In this document: piece by piece, positions 13,286-26,400 of the stretch
Numbering within the stretch: the first letter of the stretch is position 1
How the letters are laid out: each line of letters opens with the position of its first letter
Origin: Massalongia carnosa
Taxonomy: Eukaryota
Assembly (NCBI GenBank): GCA_965645245.1
Contig: OZ287086.1
Span: 248,001-312,000, forward strand
Length of the DNA stretch: 64,000 nt
Direction of reading: 5' to 3'
The notes under the pieces: generated by a model
Told to the model about the DNA's origin: nothing
Databases searched by the model: none
The model's input: only the letters and a program-made list of their open reading frames with translations
Made by a program: the position numbers and the translations under genes

Positions 13286-14509
13286 ATGCCTAAGTTCCTT
13301 TCGCTTGAATGGGTGGACAAACATATCATGTCCAAACTGAGCGCCGATGGACGAGTTGCCGCCGAAAAAGAGATAGTGGAGATGCTTCAAGAACCAAAAT
13401 CAGTAAGTGACTTGGTCGAGATCTCTTAGACCAACGAATTAATGTCTTATACCATCCGCATTTAGCTCGCCGCCAACTCCCTTACGTTCGAGGAATCGTG
13501 CAAATTGTTTAACCTAAAGTATAACCCCAGCTATGACGCTTGGTCGCTCTCGAAGCACCACCAATATGAAATACCACCATTGCTAAGTATTTATTGTCCT
13601 ATTTGTCTGCCGTCTCTAAGAAGCCACTAACAACTCTAGTTTCGATGATGAAAGAGATGAATTTTGTAACTAATGGCTCCCTATATAACGAAGCCCTTAC
13701 CCGTTCAAGAGTAAATATTATTCTAACAACCTGTATCGCCGAGGAAAAACGGTTGGCCCTTGCAGATCAACAATTCGAGCTCGTTCAGTCCGCTTCCTCC
13801 ATCCGTCCCACGACATCAACTGTCGAGTCAGCCCCCTTGCTCCTTCAATTCGAAACTAAGCTGAGTTTCAAGGTAACCTATAAAAAAGAGCAGCGCCTAC
13901 TACAAGGCATCGCCGACTATTCTCTGTGGTATGACACAGACGAACCCTTGGCTATCAACTTGATAATTGTGGAAGCGAAGAGAGAGGGCTCGATCCGCCA
14001 GGCTGAGAGTCAAGTAACAGCATACATGGGTGAGCAATTTACTATAACCGGAATTATAAAGTTTCTGATGCTGATAATTGTAAGGAATGGTACACCGTCG
14101 AAGAGGGGAACTGCAGAAAACAAACAAGACTATTTACGGTGTCACCACGGATGGGAACGAGTTTCGGTTTTGGCGCATTGATAATTCCAGTCACGTAAGC
14201 AACAAGATACACGTACTGAAGAATAATCGAAGCTAAAAGAATTAGTTAACCCAGAGCCGCTTTTACGGATTTGCAGGCGGCGAGGGTAACTGGATTGTAT
14301 CCTATCTACGTCTGATAGTGCGAGCAGCAATACAATCATCCCCAACAACCAGTCCGGTCAAAGGAGTAGCGGCCAGGGACGTAAGTTTGAAAGGTTTCAG
14401 CGACCCTCATAAGGCCGCATCTTTTGACTTTGAGATTGGGATGGTGGAGTTGATCGACAACGGGCCTGTGCCAGATTACATGGAAATTCTCTATCCGAAA
14501 GACATATGA
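13286..14509 (+). CDS. Fungal PD-(D/E)xK restriction-endonuclease-fold protein, copy A (5 exons, apparently intact)
   Basis: ATG at 13286. Introns at about 13403-13465, 13587-13639, 14030-14085 and 14194-14246. Motifs GIADYSL, IVEAKR, QVTAYM and IYGVTTDGNEFRFWRID. Confidence 0.7.
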
Positions 14510-14789
14510 AATGACAGCATCCTATTTCAGCTCAAGATCCCGATATATTCATCGCATAACGCATAGGTTCAACCTGTATTCTCCTCATCTTCTCTTGCCT
14601 CAGGCTTTATTGTTGATGTTAGCCTGTGTTAGCCTAGCTAGATTGTGGCCAGGCAGTTGGTGACTGCGATTACCCAATTAGGCTAACTTGCATTTTAGGA
14701 GCTCAGGTAAAATCTCTGCAGATAGTAAAGAAATGAACTATCCCTTCTAAATATTCATATCATGCACCAAGGTGATCAAATCACGACCT

Positions 14790-17568
14790 GAATAGTTTGC
14801 CTCGAGAGTCTCTTCTGACATGATCAATAATGATAACAATCAATTGAACGTGTCCTATCAATCTTCCCTCTAGGGCTCTAGAATTGCCAGTTCCGTGGCA
14901 CTCTCCTGCAGAATTATCCTGAACCCATACGTAATATCGTCTCCGGTTTCTACTTCTCATCCAGCTTGGTGCGCAACGTATGATTTCGGACTTGAGCGCC
15001 TCCAGGTCCGATGAATCCTTGCCATCCCGTATCCAGCATTTGATACCTTTATGTAGTTATCGAAATCAAACGTGAGCCCGCCCAAGAAGAATCCGTCTCT
15101 AGTCGATATAAATTAGCATTGGTAGTTCGCACACCCTCCAACTTATATCGGCTTTCTCTGATGAATACTGCCAAGGCGTCGAGGAAACCTTGAAGATGAA
15201 GCACGTCCGCAACACGAAAAGCTTCTCGCCATGTTTTGTAACTTCGTCCGACCGCTTGCAGTTGATCCATTTCTTCCTCATCCCACGACCAGTCTAATGA
15301 CGAAAGATCCTGGGCTCGAGTAAGCGAGGACACTTGCACTGTCATCTCTTTGTCTACTTGATTCCTCTTTCTGCTCTGCCTGTAAAGCTCAATGTCTTTC
15401 ATTGCCAGGGAGTTGAGACGTCGCGTGTTGTGTTGTGCGATTTGATCTAAATAATCGTCTTTCTTGTTGGTCCTATCGAAAAAAGCTTTAACTAGATATC
15501 GATGAGCAGCTTCGCTGTGAGAAGTATCCATCCCATCTGCGCTGCCGAATTGTCTGATATACTTCACATAATGTGTCATGACATGCCACTCAGGAAAATT
15601 AAAGGTTGGTTGACCAGTTTCGTTGTCTTTGGGTCGACTTTTTCCAAACACCCTTTTGAGCTTGTCAATATGATACAACGCATGTTCTAGATAACGGAGG
15701 GTTTCTTCGTCATGCGAACGATACTGTGCCATTGTGGCGAAATCACAGCTGGCTCGAACGCAAAGCATAGCAGCAGGACATTTGCCAATCAGAAATGGAG
15801 CCACAACAGGAGCGAATATTCTTAGTATATCCTTTTGTTCGTTCCCCGACCATTATGTTATCTTACTGAACTTCGAGAAATGTTGAAGATCAGAAAACGA
15901 AGGCACAGCGTCAAATCGATGGTCAAGCTGTGCAGCAATGGGCGCTTCCTCAATCAAAGACTCGTCAAAACTTCGTTTTCTTTGATTGGCCTTATATCAT
16001 CAATAAGGATCTGAGTCCATTCTATCATATTCATTATAATGCCCTTCAGCAGTTGATGAAGTATATCAACCATCATTACACTGTGTATGTTGATCAAATG
16101 ATGTTTCCAAGCAAAACTGATCACTGGGTGTACCCAGGCTTCATTTGCCTTTGGAATTACTTCTCTCTCTTGTTTGGCGATTTGCGATCGAGTTGTTTCA
16201 TGTGTGCGTGGATCCTATGTTTGAGGGAACCTGGCAAATGCTACAATGACGCTGAGATTTTATCCTCGTAATCAAACCCTGCTCCTCGTAGTCTACAGTG
16301 AAGCCGGCGATAATAGGATAACATCGTCGCACATGTCCATCGGCACAAGTCAAAAGGATACCGTTTTTTGAATATTGTTTGATAATTAACACGGCATTCA
16401 AGTCATGATTAATTATCGTTTATAATAAGCAGGGAGGAAACTAACGGCTGAGCATCATTTTCATTGCAAGATGATAGACTTGAGCTTTCAGCTCGTCTCC
16501 GTTCTCCTTCTCCTTGACGATAGGGATAAAACCTAACAAAACGATACCCGTTCTATTCGGCTGGCGTCGAGTCTTTCGATCCAAGTATCCAATCGTAAGA
16601 TAAACTAGCCACGCCGACTGATCTCCATGATGCTGGGTGAATCTTGTTTGCCTGTAGCTCAGAGAAGTGGCACAGCTGTTGCATTTTCAGGACGCTGTTC
16701 TTGAATTGACCACCACCAGTCACCTGTTGCCCTTTCACTGAACATACGTAGATCTGCGCTGTTATACTGACGGATTGGTGTGTAAGTAAGATTGTCGGCA
16801 AATTGGGGATGACCTATCAAGAACTGTAGAGCACCGATAACATTTCTGCATTTAGTAGAATACTGGAGAGGTTTCTGATCAATATATCGGGTTCACCTGA
16901 AAAACATCGGTTCTCCATTCATCGTTCAATATACCATGAGGTATTTTATGTAGTAGAGTAATCCACTCGTCAGCATTCTTGAAATTTGGGTAGGAATGCA
17001 ACAGCCTTAGACGATTATCCTTGAAGTACTTATCTATCTCACCTTTGGTGTTTTCGGCCTCCAGAAACTACATAGCCAGAGCATAGTCCGTCTCGTTTGC
17101 AAAGGTTTGAGAGAGTACATGTGAAATGTCATTATAACCTTCAGCTTTCTTACAAGCAGTTGTCTCCACTGGTTCATCTGCAGTCCTCTTGTTTGATTCT
17201 TGATAAGTTTTTATTTGTATCGACGAAGACGTGGAAAGTATACCGAAGCCATACGGGGAAGGCATGACGAAATTATCATTGAATCCAACGATTAGGGACG
17301 TATCCTGAAACTCATGTTCGCCAGCGTCAGCACTACTCTCAACATTTTTGACATGCATACGTCCTAACTCGGCAAGGACATGCTCGCCCTCGCAAACGAT
17401 AGAAGAAAATGGGAGACTTAGGGGCAAATCCTCCATGATAACTAGATTTTCCTCGCGTAGCCTGGTCCGTCGTTTAGTACCGAAACGCACAGAGCAATGT
17501 TTGATATGCTGCTCGAGTCCTCTGGAAGATTTTGTCTTCTTGCCGCAATAGCCGCAATCTCGATCCAT
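14790..17568 (-). pseudogene. Plavaka transposase, degenerate
   Basis: N-terminal C2H2 CGYC..LEQHIKHC. Plavaka-type motifs LTCADGHVRRCYPIIAGFTVDYEEQ..HCSICQVP and FNFPEWHVMTHYVKYIRQFGSADGMDTSHSEAAH. Multiple stops and frameshifts. Confidence 0.85.
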
Positions 17569-18466
17569 ATTGAAAGCTTGAGGAGTTCCGCGACCCGTCA
17601 GAAAATCCGATAAAACGTAAACAGATCCCCTACATTAGCAAAACATGCTAACTAAATCACGTTAAATCCCGTTAAACTGTTAGCTACTGTGCAAGCTGCC
17701 TTCCAAACCTTCCAAACCTTAAATAATCAGCTATCTGGGGGCGGTTACTCTATAGTTAGCTTAACTATAAGAATGCGGCCCTATGATAACTCTGGTCGGC
17801 TCTGCGATATATTAAATAGTAGTTAGCGAAGAGTAATAATCTGTGAAATTCCCAGAAGAATATGTTCAGGAGCTGGTATAGGAAATTAATACTCTCAAAC
17901 CAATAATCACTGCTGTAAAGTGAAAAGTCTATCAATACTGACTGAAATACGCAATATTGCCCTTCCTATATCTTAATCTTAGGGATATTTAAAAGAACGA
18001 ACATGTTTTTGTAAGAATAAGCAATAGAATATTTTATAAATCCAAAATCTATAGCATGATACTATCGTATGACAATAAGATTATAGGAAATATGTTTAAT
18101 ACTCGATTTCTCGTACCTTTAGAAAGAAACGCATGTAAATGTGTTGACTTTTACTGAAAGATCTAAGCTCTTATTTTCAAAAATCCCACAAACTTTCCTG
18201 ATTCTTCACATTCCTATTTCATGTACCATTACTTCTCGTTAACTTAACCTCAACTGTAGTTGCTTTCTCTATCTTTGTCTGTTGTATCAGAGTTCAAGAG
18301 TTTTGTTAGCTATCGTGAGATCGTGTTAGACTGACGGGTCGAGGTAAGTCTGTGTTAAGAAGCCTGTTAGCTGGCGATCAGTTTCCTTCTTTTCCTGATC
18401 CATGGCTTCTCATCTTTCAAATGGGGTTCGTGCGCTAACAAGGCTTGCTTTAAGTCTCTTATCTCA

Positions 18467-21400
18467 ATGTCCTCGTTTGATTATACCCAGATAAATCCAA
18501 AAAACTGGAAGCTGTCGGATATACGAACAGGTCTGCAGTGCGATGACGCTCAATTCGAAGCGATTAAGCTTGAGTTATGGTTAGGGATTAAGAACAGCGG
18601 TCTTTTGGGGCAAAACTGGCAAACGACGGGCTCTCGAACCTCGCTGGACAGAGTAATACAAAATTTAAAGAGAAGTCCCAAAATTGTCTCCATTTTGGCT
18701 CCTCAACCAGACTCGTGGGTCACCGCAGCTTTAAAAGGCCTTGCTCGATACCTGAAGTTTGATTCGAAGAGGGGGAAATCAAATCCCTCATCAGATATCC
18801 CACCAGCGCCAGAGTCTAATGTCAAGTCTGATCCAGCTTCTTTCGCTCCGGCTCCATCTATTTTTACGCCTTTGTTAACGGATATCTTCTTTTGTGCAAC
18901 CCGGCAAGAAACAAGCTGTACTAGTTTCTGCATGGCTAGTGATCTTATAGAGGGAAATGAGCTTGAGGATACACTGAAAATTGCCGATATACAGTGGACA
19001 AAGTACTTACAGGTACTAATTCAAGATGAGGTTATGCTCATTGATGAGACCCCTGAGATATGGTTTCAAGCTGGAACGCGCCGCGTTGCCGTAAAAAACC
19101 AGAGAGGATTTATAGCCTCTATTCACTATCAGTTGCGCGAGGGAGTGACCCTCAACTACACAAGTATATCTGCACAATCAAGTAAGTAGTCATCAATCGA
19201 TAGAGATGATTGGTTGTAGTCTAATATTCATCAGCCAACGATCCACTTTCTGGAAAAGAGTCGTTGGTTGTTTCTCCTACGAAATATCGTTCAAGTATAA
19301 ATACAGACGAGCAGGCTAATCCTGCAGCATGCATCATCATACCTTCTCAATCTTTACCGAAGTATAAAAACGAGCTTAATCTTGCGCAGCAACACGCGGA
19401 TTCTATACCAGCCTTATTAACTCCATCCTTCAACTCCTTATCTCCTCTCGATTATTGCTTACCCGTATCTAAAAATGCCGAGGATAACACGAGTAGAGAA
19501 GCTAGTCCACAAAAATGTACGTGGTCGTCAAAATGTATCACGAACCGTATGTCGTAGACTAATATATATTCAGCTTGGGGACAAGGCAGAAAACGTAACT
19601 TTGTAGATTCTGAAAGCGATGATGCGGAATCCGATATTGTTATCAAGAAATCAAAACCAGAACTACTGGATCGGAGTACGAAGGATAGCAGTGAAGAGAA
19701 TTCACGGAGGATCATTGGCGACATTGACATCGGCTACAATGATGACAAGCTTTACACAAGGCAGCTTGCTGTTGATGATGCTTTGGTTAATGCTGATAAC
19801 GAGGATCCCGAGGTTGAATCGCTGACAAAAGAGTAGGAGTATTCATGGAATATGGTTTAACAGCTTATTGCTAATCTATCATGTTAGGTTTCGCAAGCTG
19901 AGAGATCTAACAGTTTGTGAACAGCTAACAGAAACTAATTGGAGGGATGCATGTATTTTTTGGAAACGTTTCAGTTCACAAAAAAATGCCAGTGATCGAA
20001 TTGCAGTTCCTGGCATGAAACGTCAGTTATTGCTCGTTCAAGGATTTGCTGTATACTGGATGCTGGCAACGGAGAATTCTGACACAGGAGGAGGTTTTTT
20101 GGCAGATGAAATGGGCCTGGGGAAGGTAGGACTTTCTACGTGGAATATTTATTATGTACGTCAGGATAACATATTGCTTGCAGACAACGATTTTATTGTT
20201 TTTAATCGTCATGTCAAGATGGATTGGTATTGCTCACAGCGAAGTTACAGCAGCGCGAGAAAAGAGTGATTATTCTCGTCATCTCCGTGCAGGAACCAAG
20301 GAGAGTCCTCAGACCGCAGATGTGAGATGTCCTACCGAGCCTTATCCTATGTGCTGTCCTTGCGTGGATCGTTCACCATCTGCCAAACTCGTTACCTTAC
20401 CTGGTCCTTCATTAGTTTTCGCACCAAAGAATCTATTACAGAACTGGAAGAATGAGTGGGAGAAGTCAGTGGACACTCAACGCTCCTCTTTGATGGATCT
20501 TCAGTTGTTTATAGCACATCGAGATGAAAAGAGTCTGCCACTACAATACCACCATCGACTCAGTCTACAAACGAACTCCGACGATCAGCCAATCTCCGGC
20601 CAGGAGCGATATGTGGTGCTAGCTACTACGGGCTCTTACCAGGGTCAAGTACAAACACTGCTCCGGAAGCCAATTCCACGTAAAGGACGAGCCCCTCAAC
20701 TATTCAAGGATGGCGTCCAATGGGGGCGCATCATTGTAGATGAGTTCCGTAAGCAAAAGAGTGTCTCCGCTACTCTTCCCAGCCTATTGCATAGCCTCGC
20801 GGGAAGGTACTTCAAACATCAATGGTTCGCTAGTGGGACACCATTTGACATCTCTCCTATGGATATGGCCGGCTATTTGCGAGCATTGGCTACCGAAAGC
20901 TGGGAAGCAGACTCAGTGCTACAGCATGGAACTAGAGCGGGATTAGAAAGCATTGGAAAAACCTTTCACGTATTGATAAAAAATCAAGGCGGTAACATAG
21001 AAGATAAAAAGAAGGTAACGGGAACTTTCGGAGCGCTGCTACAGCGGATTATGATTCGCCGTACTAGTCAGAGTCGTTGGTTCGACGACCAGCCATTGAT
21101 AGATATCCCCCCACATAGGCATCAAGAGGTGCCATGCCTCTTCAAGAAGAAATACGTCGCCGACATGAATGCGCTCATAACCATAGCGGAGACAAAGCTC
21201 AAGGAAGATTGTGCAGCACGAACTGCAGCATGGATCGATAGAGGTCGGATAGGAGAGGCACCAAGGCGTTCTTTTGCGGCGTTTTTCTTGACGGCGTACA
21301 AGTTACGAGTCGCCGCGACCTTTCCATTCTTGGCCAAGATGTACAAGAATTACAATCTTGAATTAACCTGGGCTGAAATAACAAGAAATGAGTGGCATAT

Positions 21401-22139
21401 CAAGCCAGATCCAGAAGATAATCCATATATCAGGCATCTTGGAGAAATAGTAGAATCGAGCTCCAAGTTAGACAAGTTGAGGAGCATTGTGGATAATTTG
21501 GGAAAAGATCATAAAGGTCTAGACGAGAAACTACTAATTATGTCGTTCTCTCCAGTTGTTTGTTTCATTGTCTCATTGGTAAGTTGCCTTTGATTCTTTT
21601 GAAATTCCCGCTTTGCTGGAATAATCATACTGTCGTACTTTGATTGAAATTTGGCACAAGTACTAACTTTAGAATAGTGGCTACAGCGCCTTCGACCCTC
21701 CAAAACCACTACCTTCATGTATGCCGGGATGAACCATCGAATTAGAGACTCCATCATTGATGGATTTCAAGATGAGATAGATGAAAATGGACAGTATGTA
21801 TCCGAAGTTCGTCCGGATTTTTTGATCGGATCTACGGAGGTACTAGGCACGGGTCATACTTGCACACGGGCGTTCAGGGTGGTTCTTATGGAACCTGATT
21901 ACAAGGTTAGTACGGAAAGGCAGGCTATCTTCCGTATAAGTCGCTTCAGTCAATTAAATCGCGCGACATGGTCCTACCGCCTAATTTGCCAAGGTCTGTC
22001 GGTGGAGACGGCGATCATGAAACGGCAGCAGGCGAGGCTGGAACTATCTGATATGACTTTTGCGTACATACCAGAAGATGTCCAGGATGCGCCTACGATG
22101 GAGGGGAACTCGGTCGAGAGTGCAATGATGATAGTTTAA
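18467..22139 (+). CDS. SNF2-family ATPase/helicase with a long N-terminal extension (about 6 exons)
   Basis: GGFLADEMGLGK/T is split by an intron at 20126-20182. Also IIVDEFR (atypical DExH), ASGTP, MIRRT, SSKL, GHTCTRAFRVVLMEP and QAIFRISRFSQ. Other GT-AG introns near 19182, 19517, 19833 and 21579. Confidence 0.85.
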
Positions 22140-22419
22140 GTTCAAAACATATTTAGCCAGGACTAGCCAATGATAGCTGTTTTGCTAGCTGCAAATGCTT
22201 CTTAATCAGGGGCGGCAGTTTAGAAATGAGAGTAATGCTCGATAGCGTTCATGATTGGCTAAGAAATACTAAGTAAGACCCAATCCAATTACGAGCTGAC
22301 TATCCCTGCCACGCACTCTATCCTTCATGGCGGAGTGAGACCCAATTGTGTCAATCTTCTCCTCTCAGTTTCCATATGTGGCAGACTTTGAGTTTTAAAA
22401 GCTGTGTACGGAGTAAATA

Positions 22420-22635
22420 ATATGTTAAGTGTCATGTTAGATGTGCTAGCGGAGATGTTAGCTGAGATGTTAGATAGCATGTTAGATGCGTAAGCTGAGA
22501 TGTTGGATATCATGTTAGATATGCTAGCTAAGATGTTAGGCGAGATGTTAGACGAGTTAGACAAATAGATGATAAATAAGGTGTTAGGTGAGCCGTTAGT
22601 TATGTTTAACGCTAGATGAAATGTTAGATGAGATA
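22420..22635. repeat. Degenerate ATGTTAG array (roughly 12-bp period), subterminal to the Plavaka element
   Basis: About a dozen copies of (A)TGTTAG/TGCTAG, e.g. atgttagatgtgctagcggagatgttagctgagatgttagatagcatgttag. Confidence 0.85.
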
Positions 22636-22807
22636 TTAAGCAAAGTGGTAGATGTATTTCGTATTATGCTTTGTTGTTGCGAATTTCCTAGGTTGCCGCA
22701 TTTTCTTGAGTTCCCGCATAGCTAACTATTTTTAAGCTAACTAAGCTCAATTGAGTAATCGCAAAAAAAAAAAATTTAAGTGGGTATTCAAGGTAAAGTA
22801 TACTGTA

Positions 22808-23181
22808 ATTCGCGGGCTGAACATATATAACTCTATCTATGTTTGGGCAACTCTCCCCTCGCTGCTGCCCTGCTGGCGCTCAGTTTTGCTGAGGGCCCCT
22901 CCTGTAATGGCTTTTTTTTGGCAGCAGTGAGGGGAAAAACTCCATTTACCTATGCGGCCGACTCAGGGAGTGGGTGGGTGGGCAAAAGACCTTTTGATGC
23001 TGAACTCCGAATCAATGGTGATGATGATGAGAAGAGTGCCAAAAGGCCACCTATTTATGACCTTTCTCTCCCTTCCTTGTCCAACTATTTGGATATCATC
23101 CTCCTTCGGCCTTCGGCCTTCGTTGGCTATCCACGGCCTGCCTCCACTCGGTCCCGGCATTACTTTTCGCCCTAGCCGAAT
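22808..23181. mobile_element. MITE-like insertion of about 375 bp that splits a displaced copia RT fragment
   Basis: TACTGTA occurs on both sides, with short inverted ends (C.GTAATTCG / CGAATTACTG). The flanks rejoin into a near copy of 26557-26626. Confidence 0.5.
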
Positions 23182-23420
23182 TACTGTATCCAGCCTTATT
23201 GATCGCTACAAGGCCCGTCTCGCTGCCATCGGATGTGCGTATCGTCAACATGTCTGGCAATTTCAGTGCACCTACCCCTGACTCCGCTGGAGGGCCAGCG
23301 TCACCGGAAAGTATTCCTGGAGGCCCCAAGTTAGATGGCCTTTATACGAAAGCCATTTAGAAAGGTGAGATAAAAGTAACTCACCTAAATTCGGATAACT
23401 ACCAGAGCTGGGCCGACGGC

Positions 23421-26400
23421 ATGGAACTCCTTCTGGATGCGAAAATGCTATGGTCAATCGGGAATGGTTCTGAACCTCTTCCAGAAGTGAATATCAGGCC
23501 AGTGGATTACAAGGCCTGGAGATTCGACGATGCTCAGGCAAAAGCCTGGATTTATACCAACATGGACGACGCTCAGCATAAGCACGTGAAAGGGCTAGCC
23601 TCGTCGCATGCCATGTGGGGCCCAGGGTCAGGCCCGTTTGAATTTCTCGAAGAGAGAAATTTATGAAATTATAGATTCACTTTGTAGGTATAGTAGCATG
23701 ATTGTCAATGAAGGTGATTATCTATGTGGGCTATTTGTCTGCTTTATATAACAGTCACAAAACAGTCACATCTAGGAGCCTAAACGGTCAGACCTTGTCC
23801 CCCCATATCTGCTTGTTTAGGCACCCTGACGGTCAGACCTTGGCTCCCATATCTGCTTGTTTAGGTAACCTGACGATCAGACCTTGACTCCCATATGTGC
23901 TTGTTTAGGCACTTTGCAAGGCACCTCCCGAGGCTCATGATGGATGCCCATATTGATGGTGGCCTCATCATCTAACATCTAACAAAATTCTTTAACTACA
24001 AGGCAGGGTCAGCGGAGACCATCGATGATATATCGAGTGAATTATCTTGCCTACAGAGTATTATACGAGACATTAAGGAAACGGAAGCCCCCACCGATTT
24101 AGACGTTGCTCTCACGCTTATCAACTCAGTGGACCACGAGGCCTATACTATGGCCAAATACTATCTGGAAGACATGCGGGAGCTGACCTTAGCTCACACG
24201 AAGGAGCGGTTGAAGCTAGTGGAGCAGAAGGTAAAGGACGAGGGCAATCAAGGGGAAATTGCAAATAAGGCCTTTGCAAAAAGGCAATGAGGTTAAGAAA
24301 TGTTTCCACTGCGATAAACCTGGACACTACAAAGTTAAGTGTTTCAAATGGCTTGCGACTGAGGAAGGCAAGGCATATGCGAAAAACAATAAAACTAGAC
24401 CCGACGAAAAAGAAGAAGCCAAAACCAGTCAGGATAGTCAGAAGAGAGGCCGCAGCAAAACCTAAAGAGAAAGTCAGGAAGTGCACGTGCTACACAAGAA
24501 GATGAGGAACGGGACAGCAACTCGGATAGTGCATGGATGGTACGAGAAACCGATGAGGACGACCCCATTTCTTGGATCATTGACTCTGGATCTAGCAGAC
24601 ATATGACCCCGAACGAAGCTATGTTCACCAGCAAGAAGACCGTGAAGACCTCCATTACAGTAGCAAATGGTGAGAAGTTGCATGCACGAAGCATTGGCAA
24701 CGTGAAGTTTGATCTAGATGGTCAGAATATTACTATGAAAGAGGTGTTGCATGTTCCGGATTTGGATGCAAACCTGCTTTCTATTTCAGCCCTCAACCGA
24801 AAAGGATTCGGTGTTCTATTCAAGAAACATGGAGTAGAAATTCGGCGACGAGGTACCTTGGTGGCTCGCGGAATTCTGAAGGGGGAGATGTATCTTTTGC
24901 ATAACTCTCAGGTGGCACTTTTGACCAAGGAGCATTTTTCGGACAATGAGAATTTTACGCTAGAAGAAGGTGAAAAATTCGTTTCGACCCTTGAAGAGTT
25001 CGAAACTGCGGAGCATATCGATGTCAATCAGGGCAAAATTATTGACGAATCCTCGAAGACCTCTGGATCGCTCAACACATCGAAAAATGGGACTATTAAA
25101 TCTTTAACGAATGCTTCAAAGTTAGCCTTATATTCGCTATGGCATGCGCGTATGGGTCATGTAAACCCGAAGAGGCTTGGGGCATTATCCTACCACGTGA
25201 CGGATATAGATCAGATCGACTTACCTTCACTCAGAAATCTGGATTGCACCACTTGCAATTTTTCGAATTTGACTAGGATAATCAATCGAGGCACCCCGAG
25301 GCGTGCAGATAGAAGGCTAGGGAGGGTTCACACGGACATTTGGGGCCCATATCGAGTTAGTAGCATCGAAGGACATGCATACTTTGTGTCCCTTATTGAT
25401 AACCTACCAGGAAGTCCTGGCTTATTTGTTTGAAGTCTCGAAAGGAGATTTACCAGAAAATCAGCGAATGGCAGACGGCAATTGGCCTCTAATCAGGTGA
25501 AAAGGTAGCCATATACCGATGCGACAACGCAAGAGAATATCAGAAGTTTGAGAAACGGATCCACGCCGAGGGCATTCGGATGGAATATGCTACGGCCTAC
25601 ACGCCCGAGGAAAACGGGGTGGCCGAACGCTTCAATAGAACTATTATTCAGATGACCAGAGCAATGCTGGTCTAGTCTGAATTGCCTCAGAACTTTTGGT
25701 CCGAGGTGGCCAAAACAGCCAATTATTTACGAAACCTACTGCCAGCCGGCCACGATGACCTCTCACCTTACGAGTTGTGGGAGGGCAGCAAACCTAGCGT
25801 CAGCCATATTCGAACTTTTGGGTGTGTGGTCCATGTGCACATACCTAGTGAAAATCGGGCCAAGCTGGATCGAGTATCTTTTCAAGGAATTTTCGTTGGC
25901 TATCATTCGAATCCGCAAGCACGAATTTATAATCCCAGCACGCAGAAAATCCAGTGGCATACCTCAGTGGAATTTTTGGAACACGTGCCGGGAGGAAATT
26001 TACTGCGAAATTTAGAAGAAACACCAACAACCATGCTGCCGAGCTACAATAATGATGGCAGTGATGACGATGTCGATAACGAGATTGAAAATTCGGTTAA
26101 TCAGAACCAGGAAACATCTCAAAATGATGAAAGCTCAGAAGGTAACAATGAATCAGTGAGAGATAACGAGTTAAGAATTGAAGAACAACAATTAAACAAT
26201 TCTGATATTATTGCTCAAAACCCTTCGGATGCTTCGAAACCAAAAGGGGGGGAAATGCTAATGTAAATGCAAATAAAAAGGAGTTATCAACCAAGTCAAG
26301 CAAGAACCAACCCACCCGTCGCAGCACTCGTACGACCAAATCATATGATAAATACAGGTACGAGAATGAAACTAGTCGGCATGCTATTGACCTCCTTGAA

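Larger units (their letters stand above)
14665..22763. mobile_element. Plavaka-type (CACTA/CMC-related) DNA transposon, about 8.1 kb, carrying a transposase and a SNF2 gene
   Basis: Inverted termini TGCGATTACCCAATT (14665-14679) and AATTGAGTAATCGCA (22749-22763), 14/15 match. They enclose two divergently oriented genes. No TSD seen. Confidence 0.65.

Noticed and set aside
23786..23912. CRISPR-like 44-bp repeats
   Set aside because: Plain tandem repeat inside a solo LTR; no spacers.
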